The position numbers and the translations under genes are program-made. The notes beneath the pieces are model-generated. The model was not told the DNA's origin. It searched no databases and saw nothing but the letters and a program-made list of their open reading frames with translations. From Coleofasciculus chthonoplastes F2-STO-03 (GTDB lineage Bacteria; Cyanobacteriota; Cyanobacteriia; Cyanobacteriales; Coleofasciculaceae), in NCBI GenBank assembly GCA_040222015.1, contig JAVJWO010000176.1:1-64000 (forward strand): a stretch of DNA of 64,000 bases, given 5' to 3'. Within the stretch, counting starts at the first letter, position 1. Every line of letters begins with the position of its first letter. Positions 20,993 through 31,397 of this stretch are shown one piece after another.

Positions 20993-21062
20993 TTAACGGC
21001 ACAAATTAGCCCTGATGATTTAACTCATTGAAGATGAACGAGTTTTGACTGGAGACAATCAA

Positions 21063-22682
21063 ATGAACAAACAACCCAATCGAATTATTATTTTTGATAC
21101 CACGCTGCGCGATGGTGAACAGTGTCCCGGAGCCACATTAAATGTAGAGGAGAAACTGACGATCGCACGGCAACTAGCACGACTCGGTGTCGATGTGATT
21201 GAAGCGGGGTTCCCTTATGCCAGTGTCGGTGACTTTGAGGCAGTGCAAAAGATTGCCCAAACCGTCGGCGTCGAGTCGGGACCAACAATTTGTGGGTTAG
21301 CGAGAGCCACTCGTCAGGATATCGAAGCCGCCGCCAAAGCCCTCAAACCCGCCGCCCATGGGCGAATTCATACATTTATTGCCACATCCGATATTCATCT
21401 CAAATATAAACTGAAAAAGACTCGACAAGATGTATTGGCGATCGCAGAGGAAATGGTGGCGTATGCCAAATCCTTTGTCGAGGATGTGGAGTTTTCCCCC
21501 GAAGACGCAGGGCGTTCTGATCCAGAGTTTCTCTACGAAGTGCTAGAACGTGCGATCGCGGCGGGGGCGACAACGGTGAATATTCCCGATACCGTCGGCT
21601 ACACCACCCCCACTGAATTTGGTGCCTTGATTCGCGGGATTAAAGAAAACGTCCCCAATATCGACCAAGCGATTATCTCCGTTCATGGTCACAATGACCT
21701 AGGATTAGCCGTTGCCAACTTCCTCGAAGCCGTGAAAAATGGGGCGCGACAGTTAGAATGTACAATTAACGGCATTGGCGAACGGGCAGGAAATGCCGCA
21801 TTAGAAGAACTCGTCATGGCATTACACGTCCGGCGACAATTTTACAACCCCTATTTGGGACGCCCTGCGGAGTCAGAGGAGTCTTTAACCAATATTGACA
21901 CGCGCCAGATTTACAAAACCTCGCGGTTAGTCTCGAATTTAACCGGAATGTTAGTGCAACCGAATAAGGCAATTGTCGGTGCTAACGCCTTTGCCCACGA
22001 ATCGGGAATTCACCAAGATGGCGTCCTCAAAAATAAGCTGACTTACGAAATCATGGATGCCAAGTTAATCGGTTTAACTGATAATAAGATTGTCTTGGGT
22101 AAGCATTCTGGGCGCAACGCCTTCCGCAGCCGCCTGAAGGAATTGGGGTTTGATCTGTCCGAGACGGAGTTGAATAAGGCATTTGTCCGCTTTAAAGAAG
22201 TGGCGGACAAGAAAAAAGAAGTATCGGATTGGGATTTAGAGGCACTGGTTAACGACGAAATCCGCCAAGTTCCCGAACTCTTCCATTTGGAATTAGTTCA
22301 GGTATCCTGTGGGGATCACGCTCGTCCTACGGCTACCGTAACCTTACGCACGCCTGAAGGGGAAGAATTGATCGATGCGGCGATTGGAACCGGTCCGGTG
22401 GATGCAGTGTATAAAGCGATTAACCGGGTGGTGAATGTTCCGAATGAACTGATTGAATATTCGGTGCAGTCAGTGACAGCCGGGATTGACGCTCTAGGGG
22501 AAGTCACGATTCGGCTACGGTATAATAGTCGCGTCTTTTCCGGTCATGCTGCCAATACCGATATTATTGTGGCATCAGCCCAAGCTTATGTGAATGCCCT
22601 GAACCGACTCTATGGTTGGTTACAGGGGCAAGGTCAACAACAGAGCGATCGCGAGACAGATAAAGCGGTAGCCTCAGTTTAA
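21063..22682 (+). CDS. leuA: 2-isopropylmalate synthase
   Basis: [34 protein letters not shown] and C-terminal regulatory domain. Confidence 0.97.
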   Translation: MNKQPNRIIIFDTTLRDGEQCPGATLNVEEKLTIARQLARLGVDVIEAGFPYASVGDFEAVQKIAQTVGVESGPTICGLARATRQDIEAAAKALKPAAHGRIHTFIATSDIHLKYKLKKTRQDVLAIAEEMVAYAKSFVEDVEFSPEDAGRSDPEFLYEVLERAIAAGATTVNIPDTVGYTTPTEFGALIRGIKENVPNIDQAIISVHGHNDLGLAVANFLEAVKNGARQLECTINGIGERAGNAALEELVMALHVRRQFYNPYLGRPAESEESLTNIDTRQIYKTSRLVSNLTGMLVQPNKAIVGANAFAHESGIHQDGVLKNKLTYEIMDAKLIGLTDNKIVLGKHSGRNAFRSRLKELGFDLSETELNKAFVRFKEVADKKKEVSDWDLEALVNDEIRQVPELFHLELVQVSCGDHARPTATVTLRTPEGEELIDAAIGTGPVDAVYKAINRVVNVPNELIEYSVQSVTAGIDALGEVTIRLRYNSRVFSGHAANTDIIVASAQAYVNALNRLYGWLQGQGQQQSDRETDKAVASV

Positions 22683-22694
22683 TCCTCCTTGCCA

Positions 22695-22785
22695 GATCCC
22701 CGACTTCTTAAAGAAGTCGGGGATCTAATTTATAATCCAGTCCGCGTAGGCGGACTTTGTTTGTGTAGCAGCGATTTTAATCGCC
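22695..22785. repeat. AGATCCCCGACTTCTTAAAGAAGTCGGGGATCT palindrome plus AGTCCGCGTAGGCGGACT hairpin
   Basis: Perfect inverted repeats downstream of leuA; partial copy near 9333. Confidence 0.8.
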
Positions 22786-22837
22786 GTGGCTTCAGTGGAT
22801 TTGATATCATCAATTGCATCAATTGGAGCAAAATAGC

Positions 22838-23473
22838 TTGAGTGTCACTATTCCCATTCGCGCCATTAAACTAACTCCAGGTAGCACCATTCAGATTTCT
22901 GACGTATCTTGGCAAGACTTTGAACAAATTCTGACTGAATTAGGTGAACACCGAAACACCCGCATCGCCTACTACCAAGGCATTCTCTCAATCATGTCCC
23001 CGTTAGCCATTCATGAACGTCCCCATCGCATCATTGCCGATATTGTTAAAACGATTTTAGATAGCCAAGAGCGGGATTGGGAAGACTTTGGTTCAACAAC
23101 CTTCAAGCGTCCAGTTATTGCTGGTGTTGAACCCGATACCTGTCTCTATATCCAAAACGCCAACCGTGTCCAAGGTTGCACGATGATGGATTTGGATATT
23201 TACCCACCCCCTGATCTGGCTATTGAGTGCGATGTTACCTCAAAAACCACCCTTGACGCCTACGCCGCTTTACGAGTTCCAGAAGTTTGGATTTATCGCC
23301 ATCATCAGCTTAGAATTTATATTTTCCGCAATGGGGACTATAGTCTCTCAACAGAAACAGCCATCTTTCCTGATATGTCGATTACCGAACTAATTCCCCC
23401 ATTGGTGCAACAAGCCATTGAACAGGGAACCAGTCGGATGTTGCGGGAATTGAGGCGACAATTGAGTCGATGA
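22838..23473 (+). CDS. Uma2 family endonuclease-like protein
   Basis: VSWQDFEQIL, EPDTCLY, PPPDLAIECD, VPEVW; start uncertain. Confidence 0.9.
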   Translation: MSVTIPIRAIKLTPGSTIQISDVSWQDFEQILTELGEHRNTRIAYYQGILSIMSPLAIHERPHRIIADIVKTILDSQERDWEDFGSTTFKRPVIAGVEPDTCLYIQNANRVQGCTMMDLDIYPPPDLAIECDVTSKTTLDAYAALRVPEVWIYRHHQLRIYIFRNGDYSLSTETAIFPDMSITELIPPLVQQAIEQGTSRMLRELRRQLSR

Positions 23474-23515
23474 GATATAGAAATAATAACCTCAGATCTT
23501 GCACTCGCGATCGCG

Positions 23516-24376
23516 ATGATTCAACCCATTCCATTGTCTGCTGTATCAGGATACCGTTCCCAGGCTGAAGACACCAGTATAGAAACCGATAAACTGACAT
23601 TCCACTTACTCCGACAACGGACACCGGGCGATCGGTTGAAAATGGCAGCCTCGCTGACAAAGAGCGCCCGTAAGCTGTCGTTGTGTTCTCTAAGCCAACA
23701 ATTTGCACATCTTTCCCCAACCCAGTTCGCCCAAAAAATTGCCAGAGCGTGGTTACAAGACCATTGCCCTGCTAATTACATTCCCACCGTCAAGTCACAA
23801 ATGTGGATTCAGGATTCGGTACAGTTAGCGGTTAAACTTCATCCCATTTTTACCGCCTTGTCCATTCCCTATTACATCACGGGTGGGATAGCAGCAATTG
23901 CTTACGGTGAACCCCGGACAACACAGGATTTAGATTTGGTGATTGGGATTTCTCCCACTGATATTGATCGCCTTACCGACGCCCTCAGCGAGTGTGGTTT
24001 TTATGTTCCTGGTGTTGATGATGTGAAATTGGGTCGGATGAGAACCCTGCAAATTACTGATATGGAGAGCATTAGCCGTGCTGATTTGCTGATAACTGGA
24101 ACAGAGGAATTTGATCGCCTAAAGTTTGAGCGCCGACGGCTGATTGAGTTTGAAGACACGATGCTCTATTTTGCTTCTCCTGAAGATGTTATTTTAAGTA
24201 AACTCCGATGGAGGCAGGGTTCAGGTTCGGACAAACAATGGCGTGATGTCTTGGCAGTTCTCAAGGTACAAGGGGAACAACTTGATTTTGATTATTTATG
24301 GGAGTGGGCTGAAAATTTGGGTTTAACATTTGACCTAGACCGAGCTTTTACCGAAGCTGGCTTGTTTGGTTTTTGA
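23516..24376 (+). CDS. Nucleotidyltransferase-fold protein with N-terminal helical extension
   Basis: YYITGGIAAIAYGEPRTTQDLDLV, SPEDVILSKL motifs. Confidence 0.75.
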   Translation: MIQPIPLSAVSGYRSQAEDTSIETDKLTFHLLRQRTPGDRLKMAASLTKSARKLSLCSLSQQFAHLSPTQFAQKIARAWLQDHCPANYIPTVKSQMWIQDSVQLAVKLHPIFTALSIPYYITGGIAAIAYGEPRTTQDLDLVIGISPTDIDRLTDALSECGFYVPGVDDVKLGRMRTLQITDMESISRADLLITGTEEFDRLKFERRRLIEFEDTMLYFASPEDVILSKLRWRQGSGSDKQWRDVLAVLKVQGEQLDFDYLWEWAENLGLTFDLDRAFTEAGLFGF

Positions 24377-24645
24377 GCTTCAGGGGTTCCCTGATTTCTT
24401 CTTTATTGTTAGGGCGCGATCGCCTTTTTTTTTACCGACAAAGGTGATATTATCCCAGGGCGACCCGAGTCAATTGAGTGGACAAAATTGGGCATTTGTG
24501 CAAGCGGGTCGCCCCTACAGGAGAATCAAAGGTGATGTACTCTCGATTCTATCTACCTTGCTCACCACCTTTCTTAAAATATGATCAGGTAGTATAAAAT
24601 AAACCATGACAGATTCTTTTTCCTTCTAGATTGCTTACCCACAAC

Positions 24646-25446
24646 ATGATTGACGAAACTCTCAGCAAAGAACGCCAGTTCCATGATAACTGGGCAGCCG
24701 CCATTGATGTCGATGGCATTCGCGTGGCTGATTATTTTGAAGCCTGTACTGCCCCAGAAAACCGATTTATTCTGCAACAACTGGGCGATATTCGCGGTAA
24801 ACGTCTCTTAGATTTAGGCTGTGGTGCAGGTGAAAATAGCGTTTATTTTGCCCAAAAAGGCGCGAATTGTGTCGCCGCTGACTATTCAGCCGGAATGGTA
24901 GAGGTGGCGCTAAAATTAGCAGCAGCTAACGGCGTTAATATTGAGGGACACACAGCGAATGCTATGGCGCTGGATTTTGCCGACAATACGTTTGATATTG
25001 TTTATGCGTCCAATTTATTGCACCATATTCCTGATCCCAAAATCGCCCTAAAGGAAATGCACCGTGTTCTCAAACCTGGAGGAAAAGCCTGTTTTTGGGA
25101 CCCGCTAAAGCATAATCCTGTGATTAATGTCTATCGGCGTATGGCGACTGAGGTGCGTACCGATGATGAAATGCCGTTGGATATTAATATTGTCAAAGTG
25201 GTCAAGTTTCTTTTTTCGCAAGTAAGCTATGATACATTTTGGCTGGCAAGCCTTTGGATTTTCTTGCGATTCTATTTAATTGAAAAGGTTGATCCCAATC
25301 AGGAACGTTACTGGAAAAAGATTATTATCGAATATAAACGATTAAATCCGACGTATCGGCGGCTGGAGACAATTGATCAGAGTTTAAAAAAGATTCCTTT
25401 GATGAAACGGTTTGCGTGGAATATCGCTGTTGTTGCGACGAAGTAA
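24646..25446 (+). CDS. Class I SAM-dependent methyltransferase
   Basis: LLDLGCGAG, FDIVY, RVLKPGG motifs. Confidence 0.92.
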   Translation: MIDETLSKERQFHDNWAAAIDVDGIRVADYFEACTAPENRFILQQLGDIRGKRLLDLGCGAGENSVYFAQKGANCVAADYSAGMVEVALKLAAANGVNIEGHTANAMALDFADNTFDIVYASNLLHHIPDPKIALKEMHRVLKPGGKACFWDPLKHNPVINVYRRMATEVRTDDEMPLDINIVKVVKFLFSQVSYDTFWLASLWIFLRFYLIEKVDPNQERYWKKIIIEYKRLNPTYRRLETIDQSLKKIPLMKRFAWNIAVVATK

Positions 25447-25596
25447 TTCCTGAAAAAATACATTCAGAATACAGATGACAAAAGGAAAAGAGTAAGGTAG
25501 CCAAATGACAGGAAACAATAACGGTTTCGGCGGATATGATATCATGAATCGAAATCAACCGAAAAATCTTAGCCTTAGCTAACCCAATCTATATTT

Positions 25597-25640
25597 TTTT
25601 GACCCTTTGCAACCCTCGATGGCAAGTTTTTAAACTTTGT
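25597..25640. repeat. 44-bp dispersed repeat
   Basis: 41/44 identical to reverse complement of 60831-60874. Confidence 0.85.
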
Positions 25641-25876
25641 CAAGACGCGATCGCGACCTCCTGGATACAGCTTCCTGGGGATAGTCCGGAAAAGAATCGT
25701 TCACGAGACTCTTGCCTAACCAAGCCTTCCATGACCGCTTGCTGCAATCGAATGAAGGCTTTCAAGTCTTCTGTACCATAGTTTCTAGATAGAAGCTGGC
25801 GCAGTTGATTTTCCGATTCCAGGGTTAAATAACCGGTTAATAGCGCTTGTTGAGTAATTTCACAAATTAGATTCAT
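25640..25876 (-). CDS. Small hypothetical cyanobacterial protein
   Basis: QQALLTGYLTLESENQLRQLL...LQQAVMEGLVRQESRE; start uncertain. Confidence 0.65.
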   Translation of the reverse strand: MNLICEITQQALLTGYLTLESENQLRQLLSRNYGTEDLKAFIRLQQAVMEGLVRQESRERFFSGLSPGSCIQEVAIAS

Positions 25877-26332
25877 GCCTTCTTGTCCTTCTTGAGATGT
25901 CTGTTCAAGATCAGGTGAGATTGTATCACCAACTGTATCCAAATCTACGATTGCACTTCAATGGCAACCCAGGATTATTATCGAAAAAGACGTACTCCTT
26001 AAGGGTTTGTTTCAAGGTTGCGCTGATACGCCCCACGTTCTTGATTAAAGATTACATTTATTTACACAAAACCTTGACTCCGTTGATAAGTGCCTAACCG
26101 TATAGTGAGTAACTTAGCTAAATCATTATGTTTTGGGTATCCTTCTGAAGAAAGAATTAATCTAAATTAGCTGTGACAAAAAGGCAGGATGCACCGAACC
26201 CGACCCAATACCCGCTCTCCGAGACGCGATCGCTTCGGGTGCATCCAGGATTGATATGGCTGCCAGGGGCGTTGCCTGGTATAGTTAATGGCAAAAACTT
26301 AAACTATAAAATCATTTCTACTCTTGCTACCG

Positions 26333-27145
26333 ATGAAGTCTTACCTTGCCGCTGCTGTGCAAATGACAAGCTTGCCTGACCTAGAGAAGAATCTGGTTGA
26401 GGCAGAAACATTGATTGAACTGGCGGTGCGCCAAGGCGCTGAGCTGATTACTTTACCCGAAAACTTCTCGTTCCTCGGTAAAGAAGAAGACAAAGTGGCA
26501 CAAGCTGACGCGATCGCCCTCCAGAGTGAAAAATTCCTCAAAACCATGGCACAGCGCTTTCAGATCACGCTGCTTGGGGGAGGATTTCCTGTGCCTGTAG
26601 ATGATACAAAAGTTTACAACACCGCCTTGCTCATCGATCCCAATGGCGTTGAACTGGTGCGTTATCAAAAAGTTCACTTATTCGATGTGAATGTCCCCGA
26701 TGGCAACACCTATCAAGAGTCGAGTACGGTGATGCCAGGGGATCAATTACCACCCGTTTGCCACTCCGAAACATTGGGTAACTTAGGACTATCGGTGTGC
26801 TATGATGTTCGCTTCCCAGAACTTTACCGTCATTTAGCCGATAAAGGGGCTGACATTTTGTTTGTTCCGGCTGCCTTTACCGCGTATACGGGAAAAGATC
26901 ATTGGCAAGTCCTACTCCAAGCACGAGCCATTGAAAACACCTGTTACGTGATTGCACCCGCCCAAACAGGACGTCATTACGCCATGCGTAAAACCCACGG
27001 TCATGCCATGATTGTTGACCCTTGGGGGGTGATTTTAGCCGATGCTGGCGATCAACCGGGTGTCGCGATCGCAGAAATTAATCCGACTCGCCTTGAACAA
27101 GTTCGCCGCCAGATGCCATCCCTAGAACATCGGGTTTTTATTTGA
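26333..27145 (+). CDS. Carbon-nitrogen hydrolase (Nit1/deaminated glutathione amidase-like)
   Basis: LPEN, YQKVHLFD, SVCYDVRFPE, QARAIEN triad motifs. Confidence 0.92.
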   Translation: MKSYLAAAVQMTSLPDLEKNLVEAETLIELAVRQGAELITLPENFSFLGKEEDKVAQADAIALQSEKFLKTMAQRFQITLLGGGFPVPVDDTKVYNTALLIDPNGVELVRYQKVHLFDVNVPDGNTYQESSTVMPGDQLPPVCHSETLGNLGLSVCYDVRFPELYRHLADKGADILFVPAAFTAYTGKDHWQVLLQARAIENTCYVIAPAQTGRHYAMRKTHGHAMIVDPWGVILADAGDQPGVAIAEINPTRLEQVRRQMPSLEHRVFI

Positions 27146-27250
27146 TGGGTCATTGGTCTTATGTTTTTTGGATGTGAAGTGACCAAACCGGATTAGACAA
27201 CTGGTTTTGCCGTAAAAATTTGTTAAGCCTAAATTTACAAGATAAAACCT

Positions 27251-27955
27251 ATGGATGCTACAGAAATTCGGTCGCGTTATGCCGCAGGTGAAAGAAATTT
27301 TCGCAGTGTCAATCTGAGTGGTGCTGACCTAAACCAAGCTGACCTAAGTTATTCTGATTTGAGTGGTGCTAATCTAAGCGAAGCTAATTTACAAGGTGCC
27401 AATCTAACGGGTGCGGATCTCATTTTTACCACCCTCAGTGATGCGGATTTGAGAGGGGCTAATCTGAGTGAGGCAAACCTGATTGGCGCAAAGATGGGTG
27501 TTGCTAACCTGAGTGAGGCAAATCTGATCGGTGCCAACTTAATCAGTGCAGAACTCAGTGGTGCTAACCTCAAGAGCGCCAGCCTGAGTCGCGCTTATCT
27601 GAGTGATGCGAGTTTAATTAAAGTTAACTTGAGCGACGCTAACTTAAGCGGTGCTAATCTAAGTATTACCAATCTCATCGGAGCGGATCTCAGCGGTGCT
27701 AACCTAATTAGTGCTGATCTCAATGGGGCTAACTTGATTGAAGCCAATCTCAGTGGTGCCAATTTGAGTGAAGCCAAATTGTATCGAGCCAACCTAGCTC
27801 ATGCCAAGCTAAATGGAGCATTATTGTGTCATGCCGATCTGCGAGACGCCAACTTAGCTAGCGCGGATTTGACCGATGCCAATCTAGATCAAGCTAAGCT
27901 AGAAGGAACCTTGATCAGTTTGACTGGAGATTCCCAAACCAGTTCCGTGACTTAG
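27251..27955 (+). CDS. Pentapeptide repeat protein
   Basis: RYAAGERNF start, A(N/D)LS repeats. Confidence 0.95.
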   Translation: MDATEIRSRYAAGERNFRSVNLSGADLNQADLSYSDLSGANLSEANLQGANLTGADLIFTTLSDADLRGANLSEANLIGAKMGVANLSEANLIGANLISAELSGANLKSASLSRAYLSDASLIKVNLSDANLSGANLSITNLIGADLSGANLISADLNGANLIEANLSGANLSEAKLYRANLAHAKLNGALLCHADLRDANLASADLTDANLDQAKLEGTLISLTGDSQTSSVT

Positions 27956-28046
27956 GATTCCGGTATCCTCTGGTTCGTGCTAAAACTTAGCATTGGGAAA
28001 AGCTAGTTCAAGCTGAATTCCCAACAAACAAAACCTACCTACACCT

Positions 28047-28787
28047 ATGGATGCAAACGAATTTCGGTCACGTTACGCAGCAGGAGAGCGAAGTTTTCAG
28101 AATGCTGACCTGCGTGATGCCGACTTGCGTAATGCTGACTTGCGCGATACTGACTTACGAGGGGCTGACCTCATGGGGGCTAACCTGCGTAATGCTGACC
28201 TCAGTGATGCTAACTTACGAGATGCCAAACTAATTGGAGCGGATCTCAGTAAAGCTGATCTGATTATTGCCACGCTCAGTAATGCGGATCTCAGAGATGC
28301 TAACCTCAAAGATGCGAATTTGATTGGCAGCAAACTTGGCGTTGCCAACCTGCGGTATGCCAATCTCAATGGCGCTAACTTGAGTGGAGCTGAACTGAGT
28401 TGTGCGGATATGAGTCATTGCAGTCTGATGATTGCTTACCTGAGCGGCGCTAACTTGATCAAAGCGAATTTGAGTGACGCCGATCTCACCGGCGCTAATC
28501 TCAGTATCACCAATATGATTGGAGTCAACCTCACCAATGCTAATCTGAGTGGGGTTAACTTGAGTGGGGCGAACCTCATTGAAGCTAATCTCACAGAAGC
28601 TAAACTGAATGGAGCCAATTTAGGTCGGTCTAATTTAGCTTATGCCAAGTTAACGGCGGCGATTTTAAAAGATGCGGATTTAAGCGACGCCAATTTAGCC
28701 GGAACAGACTTGACAAATGTCAAACTTGATAGCACCAAACTAGAAGGGACAATCCTTGAGGTCACCTCTTTAAACTTAGTGGAATGA
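28047..28787 (+). CDS. Pentapeptide repeat protein, tandem paralog of the preceding gene
   Basis: Shared irregular landmarks (GVANL, AYLS, LSITN, KLEGT). Confidence 0.95.
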   Translation: MDANEFRSRYAAGERSFQNADLRDADLRNADLRDTDLRGADLMGANLRNADLSDANLRDAKLIGADLSKADLIIATLSNADLRDANLKDANLIGSKLGVANLRYANLNGANLSGAELSCADMSHCSLMIAYLSGANLIKANLSDADLTGANLSITNMIGVNLTNANLSGVNLSGANLIEANLTEAKLNGANLGRSNLAYAKLTAAILKDADLSDANLAGTDLTNVKLDSTKLEGTILEVTSLNLVE

Positions 28788-28810
28788 ATTGGATAGTTCT
28801 CCCCCCGACT

Positions 28811-28875
28811 GTAGAGACGTAGCATGCTACGTCTCTACCATAAGATACGTCCTAACCGCTATGGCGATTGCTATA
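28811..28875. repeat. GTAGAGAC palindrome plus GTCCTAA..TTGCTATA MITE-like right end
   Basis: Same composite at 37621-37687 and 38953-39018. Confidence 0.75.
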
Positions 28876-28906
28876 TTTGGGAAAATACGGATTTGCTACA
28901 AATAAA

Positions 28907-29233
28907 ATGAATCAACCAATTCTTCAGTTCCTGGCAGCAAAAAATTATAAAAATCTACAATTATATCAGTCGAACTATCTCAACAAGCTTAACGTCTTTA
29001 TCGGTTCAAATGGTTCAGGAAAAAGTAATTTTCTTAGTTGCTTGGAGTTCTTAAAAAATTGCCTAACAACTATTCCTGATGAAAGTCGAGGGGTTAGTAG
29101 TTTTGAAAATGCCGTTGCCCAAATGGGTGGGAATAAAATTTTAGCTGGGAACCTGGATAGTCCGGCTAAAGTCAGCAAACTTGACAACCCTCTGCATTCT
29201 TGGACTAATTTCGCTTCAGCACTAGCAACGTAA
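28907..29233 (+). pseudogene. N-terminal fragment of an ABC/SMC-type (AAA_15/AAA_21-like) ATPase
   Basis: KNYKNL and VFIGSNGSGKSN Walker A, no Walker B; runs into convergent gene. Confidence 0.7.
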
Positions 29234-31295
29234 TATCATCAAACACTTTCTGCTGACCAATGTGTCGCTGTACATCATCAATCACCGCTTGCTTAATCTC
29301 CTCCGCCGACTTTTGCCAATTTTGATGCACCACCTGACAAAGCTTTTCTATCCCATACTGAATATGGTTTATATTTTCAGCTTCCGTAATCCCATCGGTA
29401 TAAAGGACAATCCCATCACCTGGATTGATCTGTACTAGAGTATGATCAATAAAGTCGGAAATTTCATCCTCTAAACCAATAGGAAACCCTAAATCTATGG
29501 TGTCAATGCGCTCTATTTTGCCACCCTCTCGCACCACAATAGTTTCCTCATGTTGACCACTTACGCTGACTTGACCTTGGGCATAATTAAGAATCGCTAA
29601 TGTCAGATTTTTGTCCGAGTTCATCCGTTGAATATTTTTATAAATGGTACGGTTAAGCGTATCCAAAAATCTAACCGGATCAGTTTCGCGAATTTCTTTG
29701 AGCGTGCGGACACCCATTTGAGTCATCAGCATTAAAATACCACTTTCGAGTCCATGTCCAGTAACATCACCGATACCAATAGTGACAACACCGTCACTGT
29801 AGAGTACATCATAATAATCACCCCCCACTTCATCAGCGGGTTCCATAAATCCAGCAATATCGAGTCCTTCAATACATTGGAGTTCCTCGGCTTTGGGTAG
29901 AATTAGATGCTGCATTTGACGGACAATATCCAGTTGAGCGCTCATGCGAAGGTTTTCAGTTTTCAGCTTCTGATTGAGCGCCTGAATCTCTTGATTCGCT
30001 GTGGCAAGTTGCGCGGTGCGTTCGGTGACTTTATCTTCTAAGGTGACAAAGGCGTGCTTCAGTTGTCCTGACATACAGTTAAATGAGTCAGCCAGTTTTC
30101 CCACTTCATCGGTTGAGTTAACCGCCGCTTTCACACTCAAATCCCCATCTTGGAGACGACGGGTTACGTCTGTCAGTCGTTTAATCGGTTCAGCAATTTG
30201 TCGGCGTAACCAAAATGCCATAGCTATGGCAAGGATTAAGGCGAAAATTCCCCAAATTAGCGTTTGCAATTGCGCTTGATTGAGACTGCGATTGGCTTTT
30301 TTTAATTCCTGAGCTAGCATTAACTGCTGCGCTGTAACAATTTGATCAAGCTGGCTCAACATGTCTTCAGCTAGGGGTTCAGCTTGAGTTTTCAGTAAGA
30401 ATAATTCTTGGCGATAGCGGTCACTTTCGACAATCTCAAACATTTGTGGGGGTAAACGAAAGAATTCAGTACGTCTGTTGGCAATTTCATCAAAGCTGGT
30501 GCGCTGATTAGCCGTCAAAAATTGTTTTTTTGCCACTAACTCAAGCCAAGCATTTTGGTTGGCTTGAGCCAGAGCATTATACTCAAAGCGAAAGGAAGGA
30601 GAACGAGTGACTAAGTAGCTTTGTAAGGCGGAGACGAGGAGAGCAAAACTACTTTGAAACTCAGCCATATCCAGGAGGAGAGCCGTGTTCGTGGCGGAGG
30701 GCGATCGCGTCTGTTGATCATCGAGCATTTCTTCTATCTCTCGCTGAATAATAATAATCGGTTTTTTCCCTTGGCTATCCAAAAGTTTTAAGGCGGGTTG
30801 ATTTTCCAGCAAGTCATCTCGCAAGGCGATTAACTGATCGGGGAGTTGCGACCAAACCTGATACGTTTGTTTTAGTTTACCGACGCGATCGCGAATATCA
30901 GAGGCGGAGTGGTTCGCCAGCACCTCCATTTGGGCTAAATCGGCTTCAAACTTCTGTCTCGATCCTTGGTAGCGGTAGCGGTACTCCGGATCTCCCGTGG
31001 CTACATACGCTCGCACTTGGGACAACATTTTCAGCAAATTTGCCTGGGCTTGGGCGGAAGCTAGGGCGGTAGGAACTCGTGTATTCTGGGTTCGATTGAT
31101 ATTGACTTGAGCCTCTCGCCCCCCCAAATAATTTCGCCCAATCACCAGAAACGTCATCACCATTAAAATACCAAAGGCAATATTTAATTTTTGTCCAATT
31201 TTCTGATTACGCAGCTGAGCGGCTAGTTTCCGACGGTTAGCTTGAACTCGATCATTCAAAAATTTAGCTTTAAAAGCATTCAGCCTGGAATTCAC
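29205..31295 (-). CDS. Membrane-bound SpoIIE/PP2C phosphatase with periplasmic helical domain and HAMP
   Basis: Two TM helices, DEVGKLADSFN HAMP, VGGDYYD, GDVTGHG, YTDGITEA, DDITL. Confidence 0.93.
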   Translation of the reverse strand: MNSRLNAFKAKFLNDRVQANRRKLAAQLRNQKIGQKLNIAFGILMVMTFLVIGRNYLGGREAQVNINRTQNTRVPTALASAQAQANLLKMLSQVRAYVATGDPEYRYRYQGSRQKFEADLAQMEVLANHSASDIRDRVGKLKQTYQVWSQLPDQLIALRDDLLENQPALKLLDSQGKKPIIIIQREIEEMLDDQQTRSPSATNTALLLDMAEFQSSFALLVSALQSYLVTRSPSFRFEYNALAQANQNAWLELVAKKQFLTANQRTSFDEIANRRTEFFRLPPQMFEIVESDRYRQELFLLKTQAEPLAEDMLSQLDQIVTAQQLMLAQELKKANRSLNQAQLQTLIWGIFALILAIAMAFWLRRQIAEPIKRLTDVTRRLQDGDLSVKAAVNSTDEVGKLADSFNCMSGQLKHAFVTLEDKVTERTAQLATANQEIQALNQKLKTENLRMSAQLDIVRQMQHLILPKAEELQCIEGLDIAGFMEPADEVGGDYYDVLYSDGVVTIGIGDVTGHGLESGILMLMTQMGVRTLKEIRETDPVRFLDTLNRTIYKNIQRMNSDKNLTLAILNYAQGQVSVSGQHEETIVVREGGKIERIDTIDLGFPIGLEDEISDFIDHTLVQINPGDGIVLYTDGITEAENINHIQYGIEKLCQVVHQNWQKSAEEIKQAVIDDVQRHIGQQKVFDDITLLVLKRN

Positions 31296-31397
31296 GGTGT
31301 TAACCTCACCCCATGTAATCGGGTTGAACTGATACCGAGTTTAAAGTTTATAGTTTAGCACTTTTTACACGAATCAATCCCGACTGAATCATTGATT

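Noticed and set aside
26100..26113. NtcA site between the small ORF and the nitrilase
   Set aside because: GTA-N8-AAC is imperfect and no correctly spaced -10 was convincing
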